From a virus (Duplodnaviria; Heunggongvirae; Uroviricota; Caudoviricetes): a DNA stretch of 64,000 nt. The stretch lies in IMG/VR virus record IMGVR_UViG_3300021399_004731. One strand, written 5' to 3'. Under the pieces are notes generated by a model. The model had not been told where the DNA came from, ran no database searches, and saw only the letters and a list, made by a program, of their open reading frames with translations. Within the stretch, counting starts at the first letter, position 1. Each line of letters begins with the position of its first letter. The translations under genes were made by a program, and so were the position numbers. Shown piece by piece: positions 29,605-40,072 of this stretch.

Positions 29605-29906
29605 ATTTTGGATATATCATGGCAGGCAATGAAGGAAAGTCACATTTCCTACGTCATGCCTCTTATGTCGTGATGCTCGTAAAAATGTGCAATTAAGTCC
29701 AGAATAATGAAACCAGTGATGCCGTCAGTCAAGGAATGCCGATAACTAGGAATTGGATTTCTCTGACGCTGGGAAAGCTTTCACAGACACAATAGGAACG
29801 GGAATGCAGATTATTCTTTCTCCGTCTGCAATTCCTAAGTTCAGCAGGACCTTTATGTAATTAACCTGCACCACTACAGTAGCATCTGCTGTAGTGTTGT
29901 TTTTTT
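29605..29906 (+). ncRNA. Candidate ~300-nt structured ncRNA
   Basis: Motif 29585-29598. Nested stem ATCATGGCA/TGTCGTGAT enclosing AGGAAA/TTTCCT; AGGAATTG/CAATTCCT; GCAGG/CCTGC; 11-bp terminator 29872-29896 + T-run. Confidence 0.5.
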
Positions 29907-29941
29907 AATATAGAATCATTTGCATGGGGAGGACAAAAAAG

Positions 29942-30193
29942 ATGCAATATAATCTCGACTTTGCCAAGTACGTTGCCAGGCGTGCAGCCAGGGCATTTCC
30001 AGGCGTGCATGAGGCAGACATGGCATCCGTCATACTCTATGAAGACAGGGCAATTGTCATCAGAATCAATGGCATGGACGGCTATGTCAATTACACTCTG
30101 ACGTACAAGAAGACAGGACGTTCCGAATGTCACAGGACGCTTGATGGCATCTATACGGCTGTTGAAAGAGAATATGCAAAAGAGACCGCTTAA
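29942..30193 (+). CDS. Small hypothetical protein
   Basis: GGGAGG RBS before ATG 29942 (in frame with track ORF 29924..30193); terminator follows. Confidence 0.6.
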   Translation: MQYNLDFAKYVARRAARAFPGVHEADMASVILYEDRAIVIRINGMDGYVNYTLTYKKTGRSECHRTLDGIYTAVEREYAKETA

Positions 30194-30288
30194 GCTGAAA
30201 CAATCATCAGCTCTGGCGGTCTCTCTTTTTGTGCAAAAAAAGACTGACGACAAAATGTCATCAGTCATATAGCCAACATAATTAGAAT

Positions 30289-32691
30289 TTATTCAGTCAT
30301 GATTTTCTTGAGAATGCCTAACAGCTCTTCAGGAAGCTCATCAACGTCAGGCACGATACTATAAGCATCATAAATAAGAGGAATGTGCTCTGTATCGTCA
30401 CCGATACCTACGCCAATGGCTGAAATGTTCTTTTTTACCTTGAAGTAATTAATGAAGCCTTTCAAGTCATTCAACGCAGGCTGACCATAATAGTCATCAT
30501 CAGCAGGTGAACCGTCTGAGATGACAATCATGACAAGCTTCTCATCCTTCTTCGCATGCTTTGCTAAATCAATAGCTGCATGGAAGTAAGCAAGAGAGTC
30601 ACGGTTACCTCCGCTGGCTCTTTCCACCAGATTCAAGTTATCTCTATATTTTAAGTATCCATCGAATGGAATATATTTATAGAGATTACAATCATAATTT
30701 GGTGAATTGAAGCCATAGACAGCACATGGCACCTTGATTCTGCTACATGCCTGAGCAAGCAGCATTGAAGCTAAGGCAGCATCATACGCCTTCTGACCAT
30801 GCATTGAGCCAGACTGGTCAACAAGTACACAGATGCGGGCAGAAACTTTCTTCCCCTGTGTTACTTGTTTAAAGACACGACCATCTGTCTTCGCACGGAA
30901 GAGCTGAGGTGTGTTGATTTTACCACTCTTTTGTCCAAAGAGCTTTGTATCGTTTGCACGATACATCAACACTCTCTTTAGCTGATTAGCAAACTGTGCA
31001 GAACGGCGAGATATTTTCTGTATATCGCTATCCCTTACGCCAGCATATCTGCCGACATATTTTGCACATTCGTCAGGACTGAAAAACTGTAGTCCAACGC
31101 CATCGTGCATATGCGACAAACTGCCTGGCACTTTTGACGTGCCTTCGTAATTAGGAGAGTGTCCAGAACCATTGCTACCAAATATCTCCTTTTCAAGAGA
31201 TTTTTCAGCAGCCTTGTCTGCTTGTTTTTCAAGCGTCTTGACATCAGATTCAACAGCAGCAGCAGCTTTGATGGCTTCTGACTTGCCAATCTTCTTGACA
31301 TCTGACACGCTCTTTGAAGGCTTGCCTGCATGCTTATCTGATACAGCAGCAGTGTCACCTTCATTTCCTGCACTGTTGCCTGATTCAGACTGGCTAGCAC
31401 CATCACTACCTGATTCAGCACTGCTTGAATCAGACGCTTCATCAGCTCCAACAGAGCTTCCAGACTGACCAGCATCAGAACTGCTATCTGTGCCTTTTCC
31501 TGATTCAGACTGACTGCCGTCAGCATTATCAGAGCCATCGGCACCTGACTTGCTATCTGTACTATCCTGACTACCCTGAGCAGCTTTCTGAGCAGCTTTC
31601 TGAGCAGCTTCTTGAGCTGCTGCAGTTTCCTTCTTGGCATCATCTAATGCCTGCTGATTCTTTTCATCTAAATCGATGTTGAATTCAGAAGGTCTAGAAG
31701 CACCCTGGCCTCCAGCTTCCTTTTTATGAGAAGCTATTGACAATTCTGAAGCCATGTCATCCATCTGAGGCTGACCAGCAGTCTCAGTGTCACCAGCTTC
31801 AAGAGCCTTGATGAATCCGTTGAAAAATTCATCAGTCTTAACTGTAATTCTATCCTTAAGATATGTATTAAGAATAGCTTTTGCTGTGGCATAGACATCC
31901 CATGAATTTTCACATGAAAATCTTGCGTAATAGCAAAGCTGACGTAATTCATCAACCTTGTCATTCAGATTTTCATCTGCATCAAGATAAGGTGTCTCGA
32001 CTTCCTGGCGGTAGTCAATAACAGCAAGATGTCTGATATCTGCAATCAGACTGTGAATCCATTCTGATGAGTCATGACTCATGCTGGTGTTAGCACCTGT
32101 AACTTCCATTCTTGTGATAGAATCACGAGAGGCTACCACGCCTGCATAAGTCTGAGGCTTGTAGCTTGGACCAATGTTTTCAATCCAGGCGTCCTCAAGG
32201 GAGTTGTCAAGCTCCTTGAGGTAGTTTGCTTCTACATAATCATAGAGAGCTTTCTTTGCCTTTTCCTCTACAACTTTCTTTTCAGCTTCATTTTTACATT
32301 TTTGCCATTTCTTAGCCAGCTTTGGCATTTGTGCCTGGCCTTCAGCACCTTTCTTGCAGATTTCAACCATAGGGCCGAAATCTGTATAGAGAAGGTGAAA
32401 GGCTTCATGAGACATAACGCCTCTCAAACGAAGAATTGCGTCTTCCAATGAGACATCTTTCTTAAGGCATATTTCTTCAAGAACTGCCATGGCAACATCC
32501 ACATGGATATATTTTTCTTTATCATCCACGTGAGAATATGCTACTGGCTTATCCTCATTCACAACGTCAATTCTGACATCATGAATTTCTGGGAAAAGCA
32601 CGCCCTTCCCATATGCCGCAAATGGTCTATCCATTGTTGCTAATTTTTTTATTGCTTCATCAACAGTTATTACTTTCATTTTTTTTACCAA
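30289..32691 (-). CDS. VWA-domain protein with N-terminal HExxH region (CobT-like partner of a MoxR AAA+ ATPase)
   Basis: SHEAFH motif; Ser/Gly/Asp low-complexity linker; MIDAS DQSGS...ISDG in the C-terminal VWA domain. Confidence 0.85.
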   Translation of the reverse strand: MVKKMKVITVDEAIKKLATMDRPFAAYGKGVLFPEIHDVRIDVVNEDKPVAYSHVDDKEKYIHVDVAMAVLEEICLKKDVSLEDAILRLRGVMSHEAFHLLYTDFGPMVEICKKGAEGQAQMPKLAKKWQKCKNEAEKKVVEEKAKKALYDYVEANYLKELDNSLEDAWIENIGPSYKPQTYAGVVASRDSITRMEVTGANTSMSHDSSEWIHSLIADIRHLAVIDYRQEVETPYLDADENLNDKVDELRQLCYYARFSCENSWDVYATAKAILNTYLKDRITVKTDEFFNGFIKALEAGDTETAGQPQMDDMASELSIASHKKEAGGQGASRPSEFNIDLDEKNQQALDDAKKETAAAQEAAQKAAQKAAQGSQDSTDSKSGADGSDNADGSQSESGKGTDSSSDAGQSGSSVGADEASDSSSAESGSDGASQSESGNSAGNEGDTAAVSDKHAGKPSKSVSDVKKIGKSEAIKAAAAVESDVKTLEKQADKAAEKSLEKEIFGSNGSGHSPNYEGTSKVPGSLSHMHDGVGLQFFSPDECAKYVGRYAGVRDSDIQKISRRSAQFANQLKRVLMYRANDTKLFGQKSGKINTPQLFRAKTDGRVFKQVTQGKKVSARICVLVDQSGSMHGQKAYDAALASMLLAQACSRIKVPCAVYGFNSPNYDCNLYKYIPFDGYLKYRDNLNLVERASGGNRDSLAYFHAAIDLAKHAKKDEKLVMIVISDGSPADDDYYGQPALNDLKGFINYFKVKKNISAIGVGIGDDTEHIPLIYDAYSIVPDVDELPEELLGILKKIMTE

Positions 32692-32867
32692 TGGCGTGCC
32701 TTATGGCACACCCCTTTCTTTCTTTTTTTCTTCTTTTGTTTTTCTTTAAAAGGATTGGAGATGATGGTGTTGCCACCATCTCTACTCCACAGCAGTGTTG
32801 TTATTCGTCCTCATCGTCCAACTCATGGTGTGACATCGGCTATGCCGATGCCACAAATGAATGTGCA

Positions 32868-34589
32868 CTATCCTTCATCATCTTCCAGCTCATTGACGTA
32901 TTCAGTATCCTCAAAGATGTACTGAATATCCTGCATGATGACAGGGACAAATGCGTCCACCTGGTCAGCCATGAATGCGTCAACGGTGTATGCTGTCACT
33001 GCCCCATCGGAGCATAAATCAGGCATAATCGTTGAGCAGGCTGAACGAATGAATTCACCAGTCATGCTGGCCCTGTTCACCCATGCGATGATTCTTCTAA
33101 CTGAAGACACCTGAGACAATGGGTCACCATCAGTATTGATGTAGTGTTCAGCTTTCGCTTCCACTGACCACATCTTCTTTACGATATCGAAATTCTTGAA
33201 CCCACACTTCTCCTCAACAATGCTAGCAATTTTTTCATCGCTGAATCTTGCAAGCATCATCTTAGACTCAAGTCTATCCTTGAACGATGGGGACAACTGG
33301 TTGGTGCCAGTGTAGCCATTATTCCAGGCACAGATGAATCTGAAATTAGGATGCTGGTGGAAGACTTTATCACCAAAAGTGAAGCTTCCATTGCCGTCAA
33401 GAATGGAATTCAGCACGTTCAGCACACCTGATGAGACTGTGTTGACCTCATCAAAGAACACAAGTCCGCCCTGCTCGTAAGCCTTGAGCAAAGGACGTGC
33501 CTTGTATTCCGTGATGGAAACACCGCCATCGTTGACAAGCTCCATGGAACCTACGATGTCTGACTCAAGAAGGTTCTCTGAGCCATGCACCACGACCATA
33601 GGCAAGCCACATGCCGCCGCAATCTGCGAAGCTAGCTTAGTCTTGCCAGTCCCAGCAGGACCAACCAAGCCTAATGACTTAATCCAGCCTTTAGCCATGC
33701 CGTAAGCCGTATCCAGCTCGGCATTGTCTAATAGACCTAGAGAGCCTAGCTCAGTAGCAGCCTTCTCATATCCATCTTTAAGAGTTTCATCCCAAGATGG
33801 ATTAGGCACTTTGTTGATACGCAATTCACCAGAAATGACTTTCTCATTTCTTTTGGTTTGCTTATCATTCTTTGCCTTTTTTACGGCTAACAGATTGTCA
33901 ATAGAAGCAGCATCAAGACCTAGCTTTTTGCAAGCTTCAGTGTCTAGATTCGTCTCTGCACCGATGTAAGAATCAATAGCAGTTGCATCCTTGATGCCTG
34001 CTTTTAATTCATCTATGGTACTTTTTGTGCTGCCTTCGGCAACAACCACAGAATCGTGAGCCATCTGCTTAGCTACGCAGACTAAATTGTCTGATAGCTT
34101 TAAGAAAGGCTCTTCCTGACTCTTATCAATTTTGCCACCAGAAACCTCAATTCTATTAAAGGTTTCCTTGGCTTCAGGATTGCTCATCACTCTCATGACA
34201 AGCATAGCCAAGAAAATGTCATAGTGCTGAGCGTTGTTTGTAACAACTCCAGTCACTGTGCCACTGTCCTTATAGCTGACCACTGTATAGTTGATTTTTC
34301 CATCAACTTCATGGGCCAAAAGGATAGCTTTCTGCTCTTTATACTGGCACTTGAAAACATTCTTTGTGCCATCATAAAGCCCCTTTGCATCAGCAATAGC
34401 CTTGCCCGTCTTGTCTGACAGGTAACCAAGAATTTTTCCAGTCACAACATTCTTGAAGGTGTTGTGAGTAGAATGGATTTCTGAAGTTGTCATAGAGACA
34501 AAATCAGTTCCTGGGATGGTCAAAGACTTTAGTGTCTCGTTCACCATATTGAACGAGAAAATCTTTTCCTTAAATTTCTTTGTTGGCAT
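32868..34589 (-). CDS. MoxR/CbbQ/NorQ-type AAA+ ATPase (paralogue 1)
   Basis: Walker A GPAGTGKT, Walker B LVFFDEVN, HPNFRFICAWN, LSPSFKDR, SSVRR. Confidence 0.9.
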   Translation of the reverse strand: MPTKKFKEKIFSFNMVNETLKSLTIPGTDFVSMTTSEIHSTHNTFKNVVTGKILGYLSDKTGKAIADAKGLYDGTKNVFKCQYKEQKAILLAHEVDGKINYTVVSYKDSGTVTGVVTNNAQHYDIFLAMLVMRVMSNPEAKETFNRIEVSGGKIDKSQEEPFLKLSDNLVCVAKQMAHDSVVVAEGSTKSTIDELKAGIKDATAIDSYIGAETNLDTEACKKLGLDAASIDNLLAVKKAKNDKQTKRNEKVISGELRINKVPNPSWDETLKDGYEKAATELGSLGLLDNAELDTAYGMAKGWIKSLGLVGPAGTGKTKLASQIAAACGLPMVVVHGSENLLESDIVGSMELVNDGGVSITEYKARPLLKAYEQGGLVFFDEVNTVSSGVLNVLNSILDGNGSFTFGDKVFHQHPNFRFICAWNNGYTGTNQLSPSFKDRLESKMMLARFSDEKIASIVEEKCGFKNFDIVKKMWSVEAKAEHYINTDGDPLSQVSSVRRIIAWVNRASMTGEFIRSACSTIMPDLCSDGAVTAYTVDAFMADQVDAFVPVIMQDIQYIFEDTEYVNELEDDEG

Positions 34590-34756
34590 TTTATATATCT
34601 CCTCTCTGCTCCAGCAGCCAAAATGCTGAAGACTTTAAAATTCTTATATATTAAATCATAATAACTATCATAGAAAATTGCAACCTGAATATGATATAAT
34701 AAATACGTATCCATACGATATGCTTATTATATTGGGCAAGAAAGGAGAATGAAAGT

Positions 34757-35950
34757 ATGGCAAGATTTAATAAGGAATTCAAGGCGGCATGTAGCCTTGA
34801 AAATTATGAAAATTTCAAGAGCATAGAGAACATTAATACTTTATGTCCAGAAGGAGCAGACTGGAGATGGAGATGCTTTAAAAAGGTTCTCATTCAGGGA
34901 CAAGACAATGAAGTTCCTGGAAATGATGCCATCACTGTTGGTGAAGACATTTATGCAAAAGTGACAGGAGACTTGCTCAAGATATGGTCCCCTGAAATCA
35001 TTGAATTTGAAGATGATTCAATATGCATATTTACATACATGGAGAGGGTTGAAGAAGTTATCATGACAGACGGATTGTCATTTGAGCATGTAACAAGCTT
35101 TATGCAGACTTTTGCTGATAGCCAGAAACTATTGCATGTCAAGATGAAGGCAGACTGCAAGAATATTTATGATTTTAACAGTATGTTTTCTTGGTGCTCT
35201 AATCTTGAAAATGCAGAGCTTGATTTTTCCAATACAGGAAGTGTAAAGGAAATGAGGAAAACGTTCTTAAAATGCTATAAGCTTACAAAAATTACATGCG
35301 AAAACTGGGATGTGTCGCATGTAAAAAGCATGAAAAGCATGTTTGAGGAGTGTCAAAACTTGAAAAATATTCCTATTCAAGAATGGAACACAAGCAGTCT
35401 TGAAAATATGAGTCGTATGTTTAAATGCTGTCTGGCCTTAAAAAAGAATCCCACTGAAAAATGGGATGTATCAAAAGTCAGAGATGTTAAATATCTGTTC
35501 TCTGAATGTTGGAACTTGAAGGAAATAGACCTTTCAAGTTGGGACACATCAAGACTTGAGGACACATCCTATATGTTCTATGTTTGCAAGGAAATGAAAA
35601 AAGTCAACCTAGACAACTGGGACGGCTTTAATATCAAGAATGTCTCATCTATGTTTAAAGAATGCAAAAGCCTTGAAGATGTCTCAATGAAATGGAAAAG
35701 AGAGGCATTTATCGAAAACGCAGAATATGCTTTTTCAGGATGCACAAGCCTGAAAATAATTGATATCAGTTCTTTTGATTTCTCCAGATGTAGAAATACA
35801 GTGAGAATGTTTGAAGAATGTGAAGAATTGTTCTGGGTGGAAAATGCATGGAATCTCAATCCATCGCTTTGGAACACAAAAGGCATGTTTATGATGTGCT
35901 CAAGCCTCATGTTTCCTGATATTTCAGCATGGAAGCAAAAGGACCTTTGA
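34757..35950 (+). CDS. DUF285/BspA-type LRR protein 1 (no export signal)
   Basis: 25-26-aa WDVSxVxxMxxMFxxCxxL repeats; starts MARF; no hydrophobic signal or anchor. Confidence 0.9.
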   Translation: MARFNKEFKAACSLENYENFKSIENINTLCPEGADWRWRCFKKVLIQGQDNEVPGNDAITVGEDIYAKVTGDLLKIWSPEIIEFEDDSICIFTYMERVEEVIMTDGLSFEHVTSFMQTFADSQKLLHVKMKADCKNIYDFNSMFSWCSNLENAELDFSNTGSVKEMRKTFLKCYKLTKITCENWDVSHVKSMKSMFEECQNLKNIPIQEWNTSSLENMSRMFKCCLALKKNPTEKWDVSKVRDVKYLFSECWNLKEIDLSSWDTSRLEDTSYMFYVCKEMKKVNLDNWDGFNIKNVSSMFKECKSLEDVSMKWKREAFIENAEYAFSGCTSLKIIDISSFDFSRCRNTVRMFEECEELFWVENAWNLNPSLWNTKGMFMMCSSLMFPDISAWKQKDL

Positions 35951-36106
35951 TTTCTAGTGATGATTTTATTGCAATGTTTCTTATCTTGCTGGGAGGCACC
36001 TATTAAGGTGTCTTTCTTTTTGCTTATTTTTGTCGTAGAAGATATTATGATAAAATATAAATGCCATATAGTAGTCCTGATGAGGACAGAAAGGAGAATA
36101 TTATAT

Positions 36107-37330
36107 ATGAGCAAAATAGTAAAGTTTAATGATTTCTTTAAAAGGAATTTTTGTCTTGATGATTATTCATCAGTCAAGAACATAGAACTGATAAGCCCGT
36201 TCTTTCCAAAAGGCATAAGAGGAAAAAATTCCTTCAAGAAAATCATCATTGCAGGATGTGATAATGACGTTGCTGATGATAAGTCAATTATTGTTGGCGA
36301 AGACATCTACGCCAGCATCAGAAAAGGCAACTTGAAAATCTGGTCTCCGTATCAGATTGAATTTGATGATGAAACAATAGGAATGTTTTATCAGATGATG
36401 AGGATTAAAGAGGTCATTATGAATGATGCTATTGTCTTCAATTTGACCAGCTTCGTGGATACGTTTGCAAACAGCAAGAGACTGAAATATGTAGAAATGC
36501 ATGCTGACTGCACGAAAGCGAACAGCTTTCAGAGAATGTTCTTTAATGACAACGCCCTGGAAAATGTTATACTTGATTTCAAGAATACGGGGAATGTCAG
36601 AGATATGTCTCTCATGTTCAAGGGATGCATCAGCCTAAAGCATATCGGTGACATAGAGACATGGGATGCATCTCATGTTACAAAAACTGATGAGATGTTC
36701 AATGAATGTACCAGCCTGAAAAGCATTCCAATACAAGACTGGAAAACCAGCAGTTTAAGGAGCATGAGGTATATGTTTTCATCCTGCTACAGACTTGAAG
36801 AGAATCCAACAGAAAAATGGGATACTTCAAGCCTCGTGGATGCATCAGGGGTATTTGAACTATGCACCAGTCTGACATCAATCAACCTGTCTGGCTGGAA
36901 CACAGAAAGACTTGAGACAGCTGCTGACATGTTTGATAGCTGCAGTTTTCTCAGATATGTCAATTTAGACAACTGGGACGGTTTTAACATCATAAACATG
37001 GATTTCATGTTTAGACATTGCACTCAGCTTGAAGATGTCTCAATGAAGAATTGGCAAAATAAAGCCAGCGTTGAGAGGGCTGAAGGAGCATTCATGTCAT
37101 GTGAAAACCTTACGGTGCTTGACTTATCTAATGTCAGCTTAGAAAAATGCAAAAATATGGCAAATATGTTCACATACTGCAAAAATCTTTTGTGGATTGA
37201 AAACGAGTGGAACATTTATCCAGGTATTGAGCTTTCAGTAAGCATGTTTTATGATTGTGTCAGTCTGGTATTGCCTGATACATCTTCCTGGCCTTGTCAT
37301 AACATGTTCGATGCTAGCTTTTATATTTGA
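36107..37330 (+). CDS. DUF285/BspA-type LRR protein 2
   Basis: True start at 36107 (MSKIVKF, GAAAGGAG RBS); closest to member 1. Confidence 0.9.
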   Translation: MSKIVKFNDFFKRNFCLDDYSSVKNIELISPFFPKGIRGKNSFKKIIIAGCDNDVADDKSIIVGEDIYASIRKGNLKIWSPYQIEFDDETIGMFYQMMRIKEVIMNDAIVFNLTSFVDTFANSKRLKYVEMHADCTKANSFQRMFFNDNALENVILDFKNTGNVRDMSLMFKGCISLKHIGDIETWDASHVTKTDEMFNECTSLKSIPIQDWKTSSLRSMRYMFSSCYRLEENPTEKWDTSSLVDASGVFELCTSLTSINLSGWNTERLETAADMFDSCSFLRYVNLDNWDGFNIINMDFMFRHCTQLEDVSMKNWQNKASVERAEGAFMSCENLTVLDLSNVSLEKCKNMANMFTYCKNLLWIENEWNIYPGIELSVSMFYDCVSLVLPDTSSWPCHNMFDASFYI

Positions 37331-37337
37331 CAGCTGT

Positions 37338-37370
37338 AAAGCCCCCCTACTTTAGTTGTATGGAGTTCAA
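37338..37370 (+). mobile_element. Solo IS200/IS605 right-end remnant
   Basis: AAAGCCCCCCTACTTTAGTTGTATGGAGTTCAA aligns with the tnpB element right end AGAATCCCACGACTTTAGTCGTGTGGAGTGTCAA. Confidence 0.55.
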
Positions 37371-37488
37371 TGAGTCACCAGTTTTGGTGTCTCATTTTTT
37401 GTTTATAAACCACTAATATGATAAAATATAAATGCTATATGAATAAGGTCTATAGATAAATATCTACAGACACAGAAAGGAGAATATT

Positions 37489-38406
37489 ATGAAAATAGCA
37501 AGATTTAGTAAATCATTAGGCGACATGCTCAAAACATATCACATGTTATCTAATCCAGGAGACATGTATAGGAAAGCTGAAAATGACTTACTGGAAGCAT
37601 TTGTCCCAAAAAAAGAATGGGGACTTTCATGTACCTACATCAGCATTTATTGCATGATGCCCTTTGTCCAGCCAGATGATGCAAAGACGACAGTCAGGAT
37701 GGATGATGGTAAATACCCTATCTACGCTATAGTCAGAAGCGGCGGATTGGAAGTTGTGGCTGAGGCAGACTATATCGAATGGACGGACACATTACAATCC
37801 ATTCGTATGCTTTCATATTCAACAGGCATCAAGACAATGGAAATAGATGACATTGATTTTAGCAAATGCACTAGCTTTTCATACATGTTTGCTCATAATC
37901 GGGATGTTGAGGAAATTCATTTCCATAACATTAAAGGCATGGAAAATGTAAGAAATACATATTCTATGTTTTCGTGCTGCTGCAAGCTTGCATCACTCAA
38001 TATGAGCTGTTTTCAAGGCTTGCATCCAGAATATGCAGAAAGCATGTTTAGTGCCTGCTATAGTCTCAAGAGAATTGATGACATATTCCAGGTTGATGCT
38101 AAATGCTATAACACGAGTGCAATGTTCAGGGACTGCCTTAGTCTTGAAGAGCTTGACCTGAATGGCTGGAATGTTTCAGGCGTTTCAAGCATGGCATTGA
38201 TGTTCTATTCATGCAATAGCCTGAAAGCACTTGATGTCCATCAGTTTGACCCAAGTCATTGTAAGGATATGAGACTCATGTTCGCACACTGTAGCAGCCT
38301 GATGATACTTGATACATCGGGATGGAAGATTAGCAAAGAATGCAATACTGAAGACATAATAGAGGAATGCGAAAGCTTGGTATTTGTTGATGAAATACTG
38401 CAATAG
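37489..38406 (+). CDS. DUF285/BspA-type LRR protein 3 (short, fewer repeats)
   Basis: MKIARF start; CMMPFVQPDDAKTTVR shared with member 7; 305 aa. Confidence 0.9.
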   Translation: MKIARFSKSLGDMLKTYHMLSNPGDMYRKAENDLLEAFVPKKEWGLSCTYISIYCMMPFVQPDDAKTTVRMDDGKYPIYAIVRSGGLEVVAEADYIEWTDTLQSIRMLSYSTGIKTMEIDDIDFSKCTSFSYMFAHNRDVEEIHFHNIKGMENVRNTYSMFSCCCKLASLNMSCFQGLHPEYAESMFSACYSLKRIDDIFQVDAKCYNTSAMFRDCLSLEELDLNGWNVSGVSSMALMFYSCNSLKALDVHQFDPSHCKDMRLMFAHCSSLMILDTSGWKISKECNTEDIIEECESLVFVDEILQ

Positions 38407-38420
38407 AAAGAGAGGATAAT

Positions 38421-39716
38421 ATGAAAGTAGCAAAATTTTGTAACGATTTAGGAAAAATCTTAGACAAAAAGGAGACAGAAATGCACTGGAAGCCAAATGA
38501 CGGCTTTAGGATAAGAAACCGTCTTTTGCCAGCCTTTCTGCCAGCAGAGAGAATACCTGACATCAAGACAATCAATGTTAGATGCATATCCGATTATACG
38601 CCTGACAGCAAGGCAGTACGTCTTGATAATGGTTATCTGCCTATCTATGTTGAGATAACAGATGATACAGTCAGCATCATCAGTACTGCCGACTACATAG
38701 AATGGTGCGAAGAGGCAGGAAATTTCTTTTATAGGCTGGAACATGTTGAGCATATCAGCATGCATGACATAGACTTTAAAGATGCCCAGAAAGTCAATTC
38801 TCTTTTCAACAGCGACAAGTCATTAAAGGATGTAGATTTCAAGAATCTTATCAACACTGAAGACATCTACAGCATGACCTACATGTTTGCTGGGTGCCAG
38901 AGTATTGAAGAAATCGATATGTCTGCATTCAAGTCAGAGTGGCAGCATGTTGCGAGGGCCTTTATTGGATGCCTTTCATTGAAGACTGTCAAGGGCATGC
39001 ATATCACTCATGCATGTTTCAGCCTGTCTGCAATGTTCAGAAATTGCGAATCATTGCAAGAAATTGAAGGCATTTCCAATTGGGATGTTTCCCATGTAAG
39101 GGAAATGAACAATATGTTCACCTATTGCAAAGGTCTTAAGGCTCTTGACCTGTCTGGATGGAACACAGAAAGACTCGAAGAAGTGATAAAGATGTTTTAC
39201 GAGTGCTTTGACTTAAAGGAAGTCAAAGGCATCAAAGACTGGAATGTCAGCAGCCTTAAGTTTACAGGAGGCATGTTTGGACAATGTGTTTCGCTCGAAG
39301 CTATAGACTTGAGCGGCTGGAACACCAAGTCACTTAAGAAGACAGACAGCATGTTTTACGGATGCGAACAAGTCAAATCCATTAATTTGAATGGATGGAA
39401 AACATCAAGAGTCACATCAATGTCTTGCATGTTTGAAAACTGCAAGTCTATGGAGGAAATTGACATCAGCACATTCAGTACGGGAGCTGTATCAGACATG
39501 AGTAGCATGTTCAAAGGCTGTGAATCACTAAAGGCATTAGACCTGTCAAGATTCAAGCTCAAGAAATGCATGTACATAAATGAAATGTTTGCTGGCTGTC
39601 GAAGCCTCAATATTCTTGACCTGACAGGATGGGAACTGGACAGATGCTGTCAAAAGGGCTACGTTCTTAACAACTGTGACAGTCTTGTATTCGTTGATAT
39701 ATCCGTCTTTCATTAA
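38421..39716 (+). CDS. DUF285/BspA-type LRR protein 4
   Basis: MKVAKF start, LPIYV..ADYIEW N-domain, LRR repeats, C-terminal cap. Confidence 0.9.
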   Translation: MKVAKFCNDLGKILDKKETEMHWKPNDGFRIRNRLLPAFLPAERIPDIKTINVRCISDYTPDSKAVRLDNGYLPIYVEITDDTVSIISTADYIEWCEEAGNFFYRLEHVEHISMHDIDFKDAQKVNSLFNSDKSLKDVDFKNLINTEDIYSMTYMFAGCQSIEEIDMSAFKSEWQHVARAFIGCLSLKTVKGMHITHACFSLSAMFRNCESLQEIEGISNWDVSHVREMNNMFTYCKGLKALDLSGWNTERLEEVIKMFYECFDLKEVKGIKDWNVSSLKFTGGMFGQCVSLEAIDLSGWNTKSLKKTDSMFYGCEQVKSINLNGWKTSRVTSMSCMFENCKSMEEIDISTFSTGAVSDMSSMFKGCESLKALDLSRFKLKKCMYINEMFAGCRSLNILDLTGWELDRCCQKGYVLNNCDSLVFVDISVFH

Positions 39717-39783
39717 TAATATTTCTTATCTTGCTGATAAAGACACCTATTTAGGTGCCTTTATTTTTGCCTTATAAGCATAT

Positions 39784-39946
39784 TATGATAAAATATATAT
39801 GCTATTTAGGATGCAAAAACCTTATCAGCTTGAATCTTTCTGGATGGAAACTTAGTCCTGATACGGACGCTTATCAATGTCTCGATGGATGCGAGAATCT
39901 CGTGTTCGTGGACATGAGCGTTTTTGATGGATTGATGAGACTGTGA
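39784..39946 (+). pseudogene. Deleted LRR gene relic: promoter joined directly to the last ~46 codons
   Basis: Promoter motif 39784-39797, then LGCKNLISLNLSGWKLSPDTDAYQCLDGCENLVFVDMSVFDGLMRL*, which closely matches the C-terminus and terminator of member 8. Confidence 0.8.
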
Positions 39947-40072
39947 GATATTGCTATTGAATGGATGGGCATTTTGTCCGTCCTCTTTTTTTATTTTTTG
40001 CATACATCCCTAATATGATAAAATATATATGCTATATTTATGTCCCATTGAGGACGGAGAGGAGAATAAAAT

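Noticed and set aside
29629-29650. GAAGGAAAGTC resembling the RNase P GAGGAAAGUCC motif
   Set aside because: The 3' P4 partner (AcAaAA....GCUUA) is not present, and the segment is paired in a local hairpin.
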